From contig CAXXXF010000016.1 of the NCBI GenBank assembly GCA_963667175.2, positions 1 to 64,000 of the forward strand: DNA of 64,000 bases, read 5' to 3'. The number at the start of each line of letters is the position of its first letter. The first letter of the stretch is position 1. Source of the DNA: Candidatus Latescibacterota bacterium (GTDB lineage Bacteria > Latescibacterota > UBA2968 > GCA-2709665). Positions 38,642-48,409 of the stretch are shown here, one piece after another. A model generated the notes under the pieces. That model searched no databases. It worked only from the letters and a program-made list of their open reading frames with translations, and was not told the DNA's origin. The translations under genes and the position numbers were made by a program.

Positions 38642-40036
38642 ATGGGAAGACGTGAAACCGCCGACGGCTACCGGGGGATCTGGTGGTGGGACACGCCCGC
38701 GGACAACGAGTACAAATTCGTCTACTACAGTGGAGGATTCGCGACGTATACCGCGAAACACATTCCGCTGGCCTATTATTCCGATACCGCGCATAAGACG
38801 TTTTTCTGCTACGGGGGGACGTACAGGGACAGGAACCGGATTCTGGCGATGGTCTCCTATTACGATCACGCCACGGGGACGGTTCCACGGCCGACCATCC
38901 TGATGGACAAGGGCACGGCGGACGCGCACGACAACCCCGTGCTGATGCTTGACGACAAGGGTTACATCTGGGTCTTCGTCAGCGCACACGGCACCGTAAG
39001 ACCGGCGTATATTTTCAAGAGTGAAGAACCCTATTCCGTGGATGCATTCCAATGCGTGCAGAGGACGAATTTCTCTTACCCTCAGCCGTGGCATATTCAC
39101 GGCCGGGGATTCCTGTTTCTGCACACCCGTTACCTTGGCGGTCGATACCTCTACACGCAAACCAGCCTGGATGGGGCGAACTGGTCCGAACCCAGGGCGC
39201 TATCGAAAATCCGTCATGGGCACTACCAGGTCAGCTGGCGCGCCGGCAAGCGGGTCGGCACCGCGTTCAACCACCATCCGGTCAGGATGCCGGGTCCACC
39301 CCGAACCAACCTGTATTACCTGCAGACCGACGATTTCGGTGAAACCTGGAAAAACGCCGGGGGTGAGCGGATGGACCTCCCCCTGGAATGTCCCCGCAAC
39401 GGCGCAATTGTTCACGACTGCGAGCGAGAGGACCTGCAGGTTTTCGTCAAGGACCTGAATTTCGACGCTCATGGCCATCCCGTCATCCTGTTTCTGACCA
39501 GCCGGGGGATGGAGACCGGCCCCGAGAACGACCCGCGCGTCTGGATGACGATGCGGTGGACGGGCGATGCCTGGATGAAACGCGAGGCATTCCGGTCTGA
39601 CAATAACTACGACGCCGGGGGACTGCACGTCGAAACGGATGGTACGTGGCGGATTATTGCGCCGACGGAGACAGGGCCGCAGCCTTACAATACCGGCGGT
39701 GAGGTGGCGGTGTGGATCAGCGGCAATGAAGGCGACACGTGGGAGAAGATCCGGCTGGCAACGGGGAACAGCAGGTACAATCACACCTATGTGCGCCGGC
39801 CGGTAAACGCCCACCCGGAATTCTATGCCTTCTGGGCGGATGGACACGCGCGGCAGCAGTCGGAATCCCGCCTGTATTTCTGCAACAGCACGGGCGAGCA
39901 CGTCTTCCGGCTGCCGTCTCTGATGTCGGGGGACCACCAGAAACCCGGGAGGGTGGTCGCACTCACGGACGCGGAGGCTCCCGAAAACGCCGACGAAGCG
40001 GGCTCCGGTCGATACACCGGAAAGGCGGAACGATGA
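38642..40036 (+). CDS. BNR-4 repeat (beta-propeller) family protein
   Basis: DGYRGIW, YSGG.ATYTAKH, DAHDNP, SAHG, FSYPQ, GHYQVS, RTNLYY.QTDDFGETW, NHTYVRRP; no signal peptide. Confidence 0.75.
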   Translation: MGRRETADGYRGIWWWDTPADNEYKFVYYSGGFATYTAKHIPLAYYSDTAHKTFFCYGGTYRDRNRILAMVSYYDHATGTVPRPTILMDKGTADAHDNPVLMLDDKGYIWVFVSAHGTVRPAYIFKSEEPYSVDAFQCVQRTNFSYPQPWHIHGRGFLFLHTRYLGGRYLYTQTSLDGANWSEPRALSKIRHGHYQVSWRAGKRVGTAFNHHPVRMPGPPRTNLYYLQTDDFGETWKNAGGERMDLPLECPRNGAIVHDCEREDLQVFVKDLNFDAHGHPVILFLTSRGMETGPENDPRVWMTMRWTGDAWMKREAFRSDNNYDAGGLHVETDGTWRIIAPTETGPQPYNTGGEVAVWISGNEGDTWEKIRLATGNSRYNHTYVRRPVNAHPEFYAFWADGHARQQSESRLYFCNSTGEHVFRLPSLMSGDHQKPGRVVALTDAEAPENADEAGSGRYTGKAER

Positions 40037-40905
40037 GAGGCATCATTCTGTCGGGCGGTCTGGGTACCCGGCTGTACCCTCTTACGGTCTCGATTTCAAA
40101 GCAGATTATGCCCATCTTCGACAAACCGATGATCTATTATCCGCTTTCGGTTCTGATGCTGGCCAATATCCGTGAATTCCTGATCATATCATCCCCTGAG
40201 CATATCGAGCTCTACCGGAATCTGCTCGGAGACGGCAGCCGGCTGGGTCTCCGGTTCGACTACGCGATCCAACCCCGCCCGGAGGGCGTTGCGCAATCCT
40301 TCATTATCGGCGAGGAATTCATCGACGGCGAACCTTGCGCGCTCATTTTCGGAGACAATTTCTTCTACGGCCACGGTCTATCGGGATTGCTGGAGCTTGC
40401 GGGCAAACACGAAGAGGGCGGGCTGGTCTTCGCGTATTACGTGCAGGACCCGGAGAGATACGGTGTGGTTGAGTTCGATGAACGCATGAACGTGGTGGGC
40501 ATCGAAGAAAAGCCGAAACGACCCAGGTCGAATTATGCGGTTACCGGACTTTATTTCTACGACGGAAGCGTGGTCGAGACTGCGAAGCGTCTGAAGCCGT
40601 CGGACCGGGGGGAACTGGAAATTACCGATTTGAACAACGAGTACCTCAGACGGGACAAGCTGCGGGTTCAGTTGCTGGGGAGGGGAATTGCCTATCTCGA
40701 CACGGGAACCCACGAGAGCCTGCTGGAAGCGAGCAACTTTGTACAGATTGTCGAAAACCGGCAGGGGCTGAAAATCGCGTGCCTGGAGGAAATCGCGTTT
40801 CGTAAAGGGTACATCGGCGCGCAGCAGCTTGAGGACGTCGCGAACTATTCGGAAGAAAACGAGTATTGTCAGTATCTGAAACGATTGCTGGCGTCCGGGA
40901 CCTGA
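40033..40905 (+). CDS. rfbA: Glucose-1-phosphate thymidylyltransferase
   Basis: GIILSGGLGTRLYPLT, DKPMIYYPLS, GDNFFYG, EEKP, AVTGLYFYD, RGELEITD, LDTGTHESL. Confidence 0.96.
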   Translation: MRGIILSGGLGTRLYPLTVSISKQIMPIFDKPMIYYPLSVLMLANIREFLIISSPEHIELYRNLLGDGSRLGLRFDYAIQPRPEGVAQSFIIGEEFIDGEPCALIFGDNFFYGHGLSGLLELAGKHEEGGLVFAYYVQDPERYGVVEFDERMNVVGIEEKPKRPRSNYAVTGLYFYDGSVVETAKRLKPSDRGELEITDLNNEYLRRDKLRVQLLGRGIAYLDTGTHESLLEASNFVQIVENRQGLKIACLEEIAFRKGYIGAQQLEDVANYSEENEYCQYLKRLLASGT

Positions 40906-41103
40906 CGGGCCGCAGGCCGCGGCAACGGCCTTGAACCGACCGACGCGTCACGTTGGGACGACAATTTTCGGATCGCTGGTACCATTGCCGCTGAAACATC
41001 CGGGCTTCCACCGTCCCCCGGGATCCTGGAGCCTCCCGACGAGGACCGGCCGAGGGGGATGCGCGGCGACACCGTTTTGCGCAAGACTCATGAAAGGCTC
41101 CCC

Positions 41104-41442
41104 ATGTCGAGGATGTTCTGCATCCTGTTTGTTCTGGTGTCGTTTGTTCACTGCGGAGACGCCCCGTTGGCGCCTGATGAGGCAATTATCGGTACGTGGA
41201 AACTGACGCTCGCGAGGAACGAATCCGTAACCGTGAATTACATGCTGACCTTTGAGAGTAACGGGAATTATACGTTCATCAATACGATTTTCGACGGGAG
41301 TCAGATCACGACCACCGGGATCTGGCGAATCCAGAATAACACACTGTTCCTCGATACCCTGGATTTCGGATTCTCGATTGAAGAGGACGTACTTACGCTG
41401 TATGCGATAGACGGCACGGTATTCGTCTATACGAAGCAGTAG
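41104..41442 (+). CDS. Putative lipocalin-like beta-barrel lipoprotein
   Basis: Hydrophobic signal ending FVH-C-G, IIGTWKL motif, G.W, terminal VYTK; AT-richer than its neighbours. Confidence 0.65.
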   Translation: MSRMFCILFVLVSFVHCGDAPLAPDEAIIGTWKLTLARNESVTVNYMLTFESNGNYTFINTIFDGSQITTTGIWRIQNNTLFLDTLDFGFSIEEDVLTLYAIDGTVFVYTKQ

Positions 41443-41499
41443 TGCCCTTGGGGACCTCCGTTTCATGGTTCAGAACACCGTATTCCTCCCGGAGAGGCC

Positions 41500-42876
41500 A
41501 TGCGCGTTGATCCTTCCATACGCCTGAGGGATCTGGAAACCAGGCTGAACCGGTGCTTCGAACTTGCAGGAGGCAAGATAACCTCTATTGCCGAGACATG
41601 GGATCCCGATCACGGGGCGCCGGTGTTTACCGCAGGGGGGAAATACACCACCAGGGGCTGGACGGAATGGACGCAGGGGTTTCAGTACGGCTGTGCGATA
41701 TTGCTGTTCGACGCGCTGAGGGAAACGCGTTTCCTGGAAATCGGTCGACGAGGAACGGTCGACCGGATGCCCCCGCACCTGACACACACCGGCGTGCACG
41801 ACCACGGATTCAACAACGTTTCGACCTATGGCAATCTCAGGCGGCTGATGCTCGAAGGCGTCACCGCGGGCGATCGGTGGGAAGCGCGTTTTTACGATCT
41901 CGCCCTTAAGACCTCGGGGGCGGTCCAGGCGGCACGCTGGGCGGCGATACGAAACGGAAAGGGGTATATTCCGTCATTCAACGGCGCTCATTCTCTGTTT
42001 TCCGACACGATCCGCACCTGCCGGTCCCTGGGGCTTGCGCACGGATTGGGCCACGTGTTGATGGGGGAGAACGACCGTGCGATTTCGCTCCTTGACCGGA
42101 TGGTCCAGCACGCCGAGACGACGGCGACGTACAACGTCTATTACGGCCGGGGGCGCGATTCCTACGACGTTCGGGGTCGGGTGGCGCATGAATCGATTTT
42201 CAATGTCGCGGACGGAAACTATCGATGTCCGAGCACACAGCAGGGATACTCACCCTATTCCACCTGGACGAGGGGTCTCGCCTGGATTGTGACGGGATAC
42301 GCGGAATTGCTGGAGTTCCTTGAGGTCGTCGATGATGACGATCTTTCGGCCTGCGGCGGTCGAGACCACGTAACGGCGTTCATGACCCGGGCGGCCACCG
42401 CCGCTGCCGATTATTTCATCGACGGCGCTTCCGCGGCCGACGGCATCCCGTATTGGGATACCGGCGCCCCCGGGTTGGCCCGAATGGGAGACTATCTCGG
42501 TCGCAATGCCGATCCATTCAATGAATATGAACCCGTTGACAGTTCGGCCGCAGCGATTGCCGCACAGGGCCTTTACCGCCTGGGAAAAACCCTTGGCGCT
42601 GAAGACGGCGCGCCGTACACGCGCGCGGCCTTAACGGTCTCGCGCACGTTATTCGATTCACCGTACCTGTCGGAGGATGTCGATCACCAGGGATTGATCC
42701 TGCATTCGGTATACCACCGGCCCAACGGATGGGACCGTCGCCGGCAGGGACAAAGCGTGCCGAACGGAGAGGCTTCGATATGGGGAGACTATCACGCATT
42801 GGAACTGGCGGTGTTGTTGAAGCGTGAAATTACCGGACAGCCGTACCTGACGTTTTTCGGCAACTTCGGCGTTTGA
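41500..42876 (+). CDS. GH88-like (unsaturated glucuronyl hydrolase family) glycoside hydrolase
   Basis: WTEWTQGFQYG, HDHGF, STWTRGLAW, PYWD, DSSAAAIAA, WGDY. Confidence 0.85.
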   Translation: MRVDPSIRLRDLETRLNRCFELAGGKITSIAETWDPDHGAPVFTAGGKYTTRGWTEWTQGFQYGCAILLFDALRETRFLEIGRRGTVDRMPPHLTHTGVHDHGFNNVSTYGNLRRLMLEGVTAGDRWEARFYDLALKTSGAVQAARWAAIRNGKGYIPSFNGAHSLFSDTIRTCRSLGLAHGLGHVLMGENDRAISLLDRMVQHAETTATYNVYYGRGRDSYDVRGRVAHESIFNVADGNYRCPSTQQGYSPYSTWTRGLAWIVTGYAELLEFLEVVDDDDLSACGGRDHVTAFMTRAATAAADYFIDGASAADGIPYWDTGAPGLARMGDYLGRNADPFNEYEPVDSSAAAIAAQGLYRLGKTLGAEDGAPYTRAALTVSRTLFDSPYLSEDVDHQGLILHSVYHRPNGWDRRRQGQSVPNGEASIWGDYHALELAVLLKREITGQPYLTFFGNFGV

Positions 42877-42930
42877 CGCGAACCTTCGCCGGACGTTTCG
42901 AACGCCTCACGCTTATTCAGGCGGAAGGAC

Positions 42931-43803
42931 ATGAAGCCCATTCTTGACTCAGCCGGCCCAACGACGGGGCGGATACGTCTCGCAATGCCTTTTGGATTCG
43001 TATCAGGGTTGTTCCTGGCGATCGCGTTCTGCAAGTCCCCAGTACAGGGTGGAGAATCGACCGGGTTCGATTTCGGACCCCTCGACCGTCTGTTGGGCAG
43101 GTTCGTTGATTCGCGGGGTTGGGTCGATTACGCCGGAATCAAGGCCGAGCCTTCCGACCTCCGGCGCCAGGTGGCCCGCCTTCGGGCGATTAGCCCGGAG
43201 AGCCACCCTGGCATGTTTCCCGATCGGGAAGATCGGCTGGCATATTGGATCAATGCGTACAACGCGCTGGTGATTGCGGGAGTGGTCAATTCGTATCCCG
43301 CAACCAGCGTGAAAGACATCCACCCGCAACCAGGATTCTTCAAGGTATTCCACGTCGTTGGCGGCAAGTCCCTTTCACTGGACGACATTGAACACAATAT
43401 CGTCCGAAAGGAGTTCGGAGATCCTCGCATCCATGCCGCTCTGAACTGTGCCGCGGCGTCGTGTCCCCGGTTGCGACCGGAAGCATTCATTCCCGGCCGG
43501 CTCGAGAGTCAACTGGATGCCGCCATCCGCGACTTCATCCGAAATCCGCGACACGTCATGGTGGACCGCGACAGCGAGACGCTGGTACTTTCAAAAATCC
43601 TCGACTGGTTCGAAGGTGATTTCACAGAATGGTACAAACGGGTTCACAAAGTGGAAAACGCAGCGGTCACGGATTACCTGAGGATTTACCTTGCCGAAGA
43701 AAACCGTGCCTATCTGCAATCACGCCCTCAGCTAACCATTCGATACGTGCCGTACGATTGGACGCTCAATGACCGGGCGCTGCGCGAGAACGCCGCCCGT
43801 TGA
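42931..43803 (+). CDS. DUF547 domain protein (probably exported)
   Basis: G.VDY, LAYWINAYNA, SLDDIEH, DPRIHAALNCAAASCPRL, LSKILDWF..DF, YDWTLN; start uncertain. Confidence 0.88.
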   Translation: MKPILDSAGPTTGRIRLAMPFGFVSGLFLAIAFCKSPVQGGESTGFDFGPLDRLLGRFVDSRGWVDYAGIKAEPSDLRRQVARLRAISPESHPGMFPDREDRLAYWINAYNALVIAGVVNSYPATSVKDIHPQPGFFKVFHVVGGKSLSLDDIEHNIVRKEFGDPRIHAALNCAAASCPRLRPEAFIPGRLESQLDAAIRDFIRNPRHVMVDRDSETLVLSKILDWFEGDFTEWYKRVHKVENAAVTDYLRIYLAEENRAYLQSRPQLTIRYVPYDWTLNDRALRENAAR

Positions 43804-43927
43804 TTCAATTGAAATGCGACGATTCGGTTCGCACGTCGTCGAATTGGCATTGTCGACTTGCACGTCGGTCACACGTGCGCCCGAGGCTTACGCACGGAAG
43901 TCTGTCGTCCACGTAAAGGAGTAGCCC

Positions 43928-44941
43928 ATGGGAGCGCCGTCGGAACTGCTGGCGATTCAACCCCGGATTCGGAACGGGGTATCCGGAAAACGCCCGTCGT
44001 TCGGAGCGCGTCTGAGGCGGGAGGGTGTCGACCTCAGGCGTGAGGCGCTGGAGACGCTTCAGATCAACGTGGGAAAACTGTGCAATCAGGCGTGCCGGCA
44101 CTGCCACGTGGATGCCGGTCCGAACCGGACCGAAGTGATGACGCGCGACACGATGCGGTCGATCCTGACGTTTCTCGCCTCGACGGATATCCCGGTCGTG
44201 GACGTTACCGGCGGCGCGCCGGAGGTGAACCCCGACTTCAGGTATCTGGTTCATCAGATCCGTGTGCTTGGACGACACGTGATGGTCCGGTGCAATCTAA
44301 CCGTGATTTTCGAACCCGGTCTGCAGGATCTGCCTGGCTTCTACCGTGAACATCAGGTGGAACTGGTGTGCTCACTCCCCTGTTATCTTGAGGAAAACGT
44401 AGACCAACAGCGTGGAAAGGGCGTATTCTACGATAGCATCGAGGCGCTGCAGCGCCTGAATGCGATCGGTTACGGACAGCCGGATTCAGGATTGCCGCTT
44501 CACCTCGTATACAATCCGGTCGGGGCCTCGCTTCCGCCGCCGCAGGCCGAACTGGAGGCGAACTATAAGCAGGTTCTTGCAGAGCGGTACGACATTTCGT
44601 TCAACCGACTCCTGACCATAACGAACATGCCGATCAGCCGGTTCAATGACTATCTGAAACGTCGGGGAGAGTACGAAGGCTACACGCAGACGTTATACGA
44701 TCATTTCAACGCCCAGACCATCGATCGCCTGATGTGCCGTTTTCTCGTGAGCGTAGATTGGGAAGGCAATATTTACGACTGCGATTTCAACCAGATGCTG
44801 GACATGCATCTGTCGGGGCGGCCGAAGAAACTGTGGGAGGTGTCGCCGGGATGGTTGGTGGACAGAAGGATCCGGATTGCCGACCATTGCTATGGTTGTA
44901 CGGCAGGGGCGGGAAGCAGTTGCGGAGGCGAACTGGCCTGA
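43928..44941 (+). CDS. arsS: Radical SAM protein of the arsenosugar-biosynthesis ArsS (DUF3641, Cys-rich tail) family
   Basis: TLQINVGKLCNQACRHCHVDAGP, TGGAPE, SLPCY, LVYNP, TNMPI.RF, DCDFNQML, HCYGCTAGAGSSCGG. Confidence 0.88.
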   Translation: MGAPSELLAIQPRIRNGVSGKRPSFGARLRREGVDLRREALETLQINVGKLCNQACRHCHVDAGPNRTEVMTRDTMRSILTFLASTDIPVVDVTGGAPEVNPDFRYLVHQIRVLGRHVMVRCNLTVIFEPGLQDLPGFYREHQVELVCSLPCYLEENVDQQRGKGVFYDSIEALQRLNAIGYGQPDSGLPLHLVYNPVGASLPPPQAELEANYKQVLAERYDISFNRLLTITNMPISRFNDYLKRRGEYEGYTQTLYDHFNAQTIDRLMCRFLVSVDWEGNIYDCDFNQMLDMHLSGRPKKLWEVSPGWLVDRRIRIADHCYGCTAGAGSSCGGELA

Positions 44942-45027
44942 GAAGATCCGTTTCCGATTTCAGGCAATACGCAAGTGAGAGGGTCGGCCGACTCGATCGG
45001 TCGACCCCGATTTATTGCGCGCCGGAT

Positions 45028-45453
45028 TTATTCGAAACGACGCCCGCCGGTATCGAGGAACTTACGAATCCGACCGTGTATTTCGTCTCTGACCCTTCGA
45101 AAGACAGCCATCCGCTGGTCGTCGGTTCCACGTGTTTCGGCCGGGTCGTCGAAGCTCCAGTGGAGACGTGCGGTCGCGCCGTGATAAACCGGGCAGCTTT
45201 CGATTGCCCGGTCGCACACGGTGACGACAACGTCAAACGTCGGGTTCGCAAGGGTATCGGGCCCCTTCGCCTGCTGCCTCGAAATGTCGATGCCGACTTC
45301 GGCCATCGCCCTGATCGCCAGCGGATTCAGGGCGACGGGGCGGGTTCCCGCACTCGACGATTCGAAACGGTCCCCCGCGATGTGCCGGAGGAAGCCTTCC
45401 GCCATCTGACTCCTGCAGGAATTTCCCGTACAGAGGAATAAAACGCGTTTCAT
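45028..45453 (-). CDS. arsC: Thioredoxin-coupled arsenate reductase (LMW-PTP fold)
   Basis: FLCTGNSCRSQMAEG, VTVCD....SCP resolving cysteines, HWSFDDP, FRRVRDEI. Confidence 0.9.
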   Translation of the reverse strand: MKRVLFLCTGNSCRSQMAEGFLRHIAGDRFESSSAGTRPVALNPLAIRAMAEVGIDISRQQAKGPDTLANPTFDVVVTVCDRAIESCPVYHGATARLHWSFDDPAETRGTDDQRMAVFRRVRDEIHGRIRKFLDTGGRRFE

Positions 45454-45521
45454 GGCGCCACGTGCGCCTTTCATCCGCGGGACTCAGCCGCCCGCGGGAC
45501 CTGGAGCGATTGACGGGGGGA

Positions 45522-46769
45522 TTAACGGGCAAATGCGCGCTTGATCTTGTCCACGGCCCCTACGATGTCGTCCATGTCTTCCCGCGTGCCCAGGAGCATG
45601 GACTGATAGAACCATACGCTGTGCCGGCAGACGTGTTCAACCCGGGGACACGGCAGCCTGCGTACACGATCGGGGTATGCATCCGAGACGCTTTTCAGCG
45701 CGCCTTCGTCGGAAAGCGGTCGCTGGTAACCGGGTGTGCAGTCTATTCCTTCAGCGGAGAGGGCGCTGACGAATTCCTCTCTGCTTCGGCCGCCGAATTG
45801 ATGGGGATCGTAGAGCGTCATGTAGAGATGATACCCGTGCCGCGTTGTCCAGGGACGCGTCTCCGGTGGGGTGACGCCGCCGACACTTGTCAGTTCCCGT
45901 GTGAGATAGGCCGCGTTTCGACTTCGAACCCCGGCCTGAAGCTGCAATCGTCTGAGCCGTACCAATAGGATGGTCGCGAGGTACTCGGAGGTGCGATAGT
46001 TCCATCCGTGGCGCGGGTATTCCCATCGTTCGCCGCCGGGGCGCCGTCCGACGTCCTTGAACGCGCAGGCCCGTTCGTAAATGTACCGATGGTTGGTGAC
46101 AAGACAGCCGCCCTCCCCGACCGTCAGGTTCTTGCTGGACTGGAAGCTGAAGGCGCCGACGTGGCCCAGCGGGCCTGCCTTCCTTTCGTTGTGCTCCGCG
46201 CCGTGGGCCTGCGCGGCATCTTCGACAACCACCAGGCCGTGTTTTTCGGCGATGGCGTTCAGGGCGTCCATATCCGCGGGGTGCCCCCCCATGTGCACCG
46301 GAAGAAGGCCAACCGTCCTTCCGGTTATGGCCGCCTCTACCGCGTTTGGGTCGAGGGTAAAACTCACCGGGTCGATGTCCGCCAGCGCCAGCCTGCAACG
46401 TACCGAAAGGGCCGCGCTGGCCGTGGCGATGAAAGTATAATTCGGAATGATGATTTCCCCGCCCTCACCGAGACCGTCCAGGTCGAGCGCGCCGGCTAAG
46501 GACGCGGAAATCGCGTCGGTTCCATGCGGCATCATCAGGCCGTAGCCGGCGCCGCAATATGCCGCGAACGCCCTGCCGAACCGGTCGCTCATGCTTGCCG
46601 GAAGGCCCTCTGTCCTACCCAGATAGACTTCACGAAGGGCCGGTTCGATTTCGCTTTCCCACTCCGTTTCGGTGTTGTGGGGCCAGGAAGGCCACGGTTT
46701 CTCTTTGGGATCGCGAACGGGCGTGCCCCCGTCCACTGCCAGCCGGTTCGATGAAATTACATCTGGCAT
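45522..46769 (-). CDS. DegT/DnrJ/EryC1/StrS family PLP aminotransferase
   Basis: YTFIATA, PVHMGG, EDAAQAHGA, FSFQSSKNL..GEGG, GWNYR. Confidence 0.92.
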   Translation of the reverse strand: MPDVISSNRLAVDGGTPVRDPKEKPWPSWPHNTETEWESEIEPALREVYLGRTEGLPASMSDRFGRAFAAYCGAGYGLMMPHGTDAISASLAGALDLDGLGEGGEIIIPNYTFIATASAALSVRCRLALADIDPVSFTLDPNAVEAAITGRTVGLLPVHMGGHPADMDALNAIAEKHGLVVVEDAAQAHGAEHNERKAGPLGHVGAFSFQSSKNLTVGEGGCLVTNHRYIYERACAFKDVGRRPGGERWEYPRHGWNYRTSEYLATILLVRLRRLQLQAGVRSRNAAYLTRELTSVGGVTPPETRPWTTRHGYHLYMTLYDPHQFGGRSREEFVSALSAEGIDCTPGYQRPLSDEGALKSVSDAYPDRVRRLPCPRVEHVCRHSVWFYQSMLLGTREDMDDIVGAVDKIKRAFAR

Positions 46770-46906
46770 CGGATCTCCTGTGGACGCGGCGGAAAACTCC
46801 CCTCCTTATCGGAGCCCGCCGGGGTGACAAAACGGTTGCAGAAAACCCGAAGTTGCGGGCAGCGGGGGTTGCAGGAACGCGTGCGGTCGAGAGCCACCCA
46901 TTTGTA

Positions 46907-48139
46907 TCACCCGGCCACCATTTCGCAGGCGGCCGCGCGGACAAGCCGCTCTCCTTCTATCGCAAGACCGGCGTACCTGGGTTCCATGCCGCCTTCCCTG
47001 TGGGCCCGGGGGGTACTCAGATAACCGACGTCGGCGGTCGGGCCGGACAGGACGATCGTAAGTGGAGCGCGTGCCGCAGACTTGATCGCAGACGCAGTTT
47101 CAACGAAGACTTCGCCTGGAAGATGGATAATTTCAAGCCCCGATGCGGAAACACGCGTGATCGTGTAGTCCAGGGTTCGCCTGCCGGTTGCGTAATGCCT
47201 GCTGCCGTAGGCCTGAAAACGCTGAAGACCGTCCGACCGTTGCGGCGTCGACTTCAGTTCTGTCTCGACGGCATCCGGATCTTCGTGCGAAAACGTGGGC
47301 AACCGAATGGTCTTCTGCGAGACACCGAAGTTCCCGGAACCGTTCGTGCCCGCCTGTTCCAACGCGTAGAGTGCCGCTCCTCCGACGCTGTGGCCCACGC
47401 GCTTATGGGTCCGACCGGCGCGGCTGACGGGTACCACGTTTCCTATACTTCCTGGCAGAAACAGCGTACTGAGACCCGCCGCCTCGACCACGTGCCGGGC
47501 GACGCCGGGATAGTCGGCGGAGACGTGCCCGTACTTGTCGGTGTTGCAAAGTGCGTGGCACCCGAATACGATGGCGCAACGGATGGGATTGCCTTCCAGG
47601 TCGTCAATTCGGAGCACGTAGACATTGTCGTCCACCTCGTCATAGGTCAGTTCCGGACGAGGATACGGAAACTTGAAATTGCTCATCACCAGATTGCCGT
47701 CCCGGTCGTATGAGCGCCGGTTGTACAGGACGTTGGGAGCGGAACTGGCGCCAGCGCCCAATCGGGAGGGCGCCATGGCCCGGGCGGCTTTGCGGATGGC
47801 CGCCGCCATGTTTTCCGCGAAAAAATCCTCCCTGCCGTAGTACTTGAGCGCTTCGCACGGAATGTTGACGTAGGATTGGAATAAAATCGGCGTGGTGCCC
47901 ACGTGGGAAGCGCAGGGCAGGACGTGGTTCAGATTCAGCCAGGCGATATCCCGGAGTCGTTCCCTGACCCGAGCCATGATATCCTCTTCGATGCTGAAAC
48001 AATCTCCTGCCAGAAAGGTGACGTTGGTGTCCTGGTCGCGCAGGATCAGGGCGCGGAAGGAGATCGGATCGTACACGCGGAACGAGCCGTCGAGCGGTTC
48101 CTGTGGCGTAAAATCCTGGATGCCAAAGCCGGTTTCCAT
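46907..48139 (-). CDS. Neutral/alkaline ceramidase-like hypothetical hydrolase
   Basis: D.TP, YDP...RAL.L, ASH, YNRR, FGCHA, SADYPG, LPGEVFVE, GY...G pattern; GGAGG RBS. Confidence 0.65.
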   Translation of the reverse strand: METGFGIQDFTPQEPLDGSFRVYDPISFRALILRDQDTNVTFLAGDCFSIEEDIMARVRERLRDIAWLNLNHVLPCASHVGTTPILFQSYVNIPCEALKYYGREDFFAENMAAAIRKAARAMAPSRLGAGASSAPNVLYNRRSYDRDGNLVMSNFKFPYPRPELTYDEVDDNVYVLRIDDLEGNPIRCAIVFGCHALCNTDKYGHVSADYPGVARHVVEAAGLSTLFLPGSIGNVVPVSRAGRTHKRVGHSVGGAALYALEQAGTNGSGNFGVSQKTIRLPTFSHEDPDAVETELKSTPQRSDGLQRFQAYGSRHYATGRRTLDYTITRVSASGLEIIHLPGEVFVETASAIKSAARAPLTIVLSGPTADVGYLSTPRAHREGGMEPRYAGLAIEGERLVRAAACEMVAG

Positions 48140-48252
48140 CACGTCGGGCCTCCACGGCAACGGTTGACGTAGGAAAGCGGTCAATTGATAGGGTAAGTTT
48201 CACGGAGCGTCAAGCGTTTTCCGGCCGTGCATACGCTCGCGGGCGGCGGACC

Positions 48253-48281
48253 TTGACGTATCCGCGGGGATGGGTTACATT
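48253..48281 (+). promoter_or_regulatory. sigma70-like promoter
   Basis: TTGACG-N17-TACATT. Confidence 0.5.
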
Positions 48282-48409
48282 ATTGGTTTGTCCACGCCCG
48301 CGTACGGGTTTCGCGTCGCCTTGAAACGCCGCGTGAGCGCGCGACGAACGGTTCCCGTCCACCTGGGGATTGCGGCGGATTCCGTACGAGGCGAAGCACG
48401 GGAGATGAA

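Noticed and set aside
44900-44990. Selenocysteine read-through in the ArsS tail
   Set aside because: The SSCGG position is a TGC Cys codon, and the TGA falls after the natural C-terminus (GELA).
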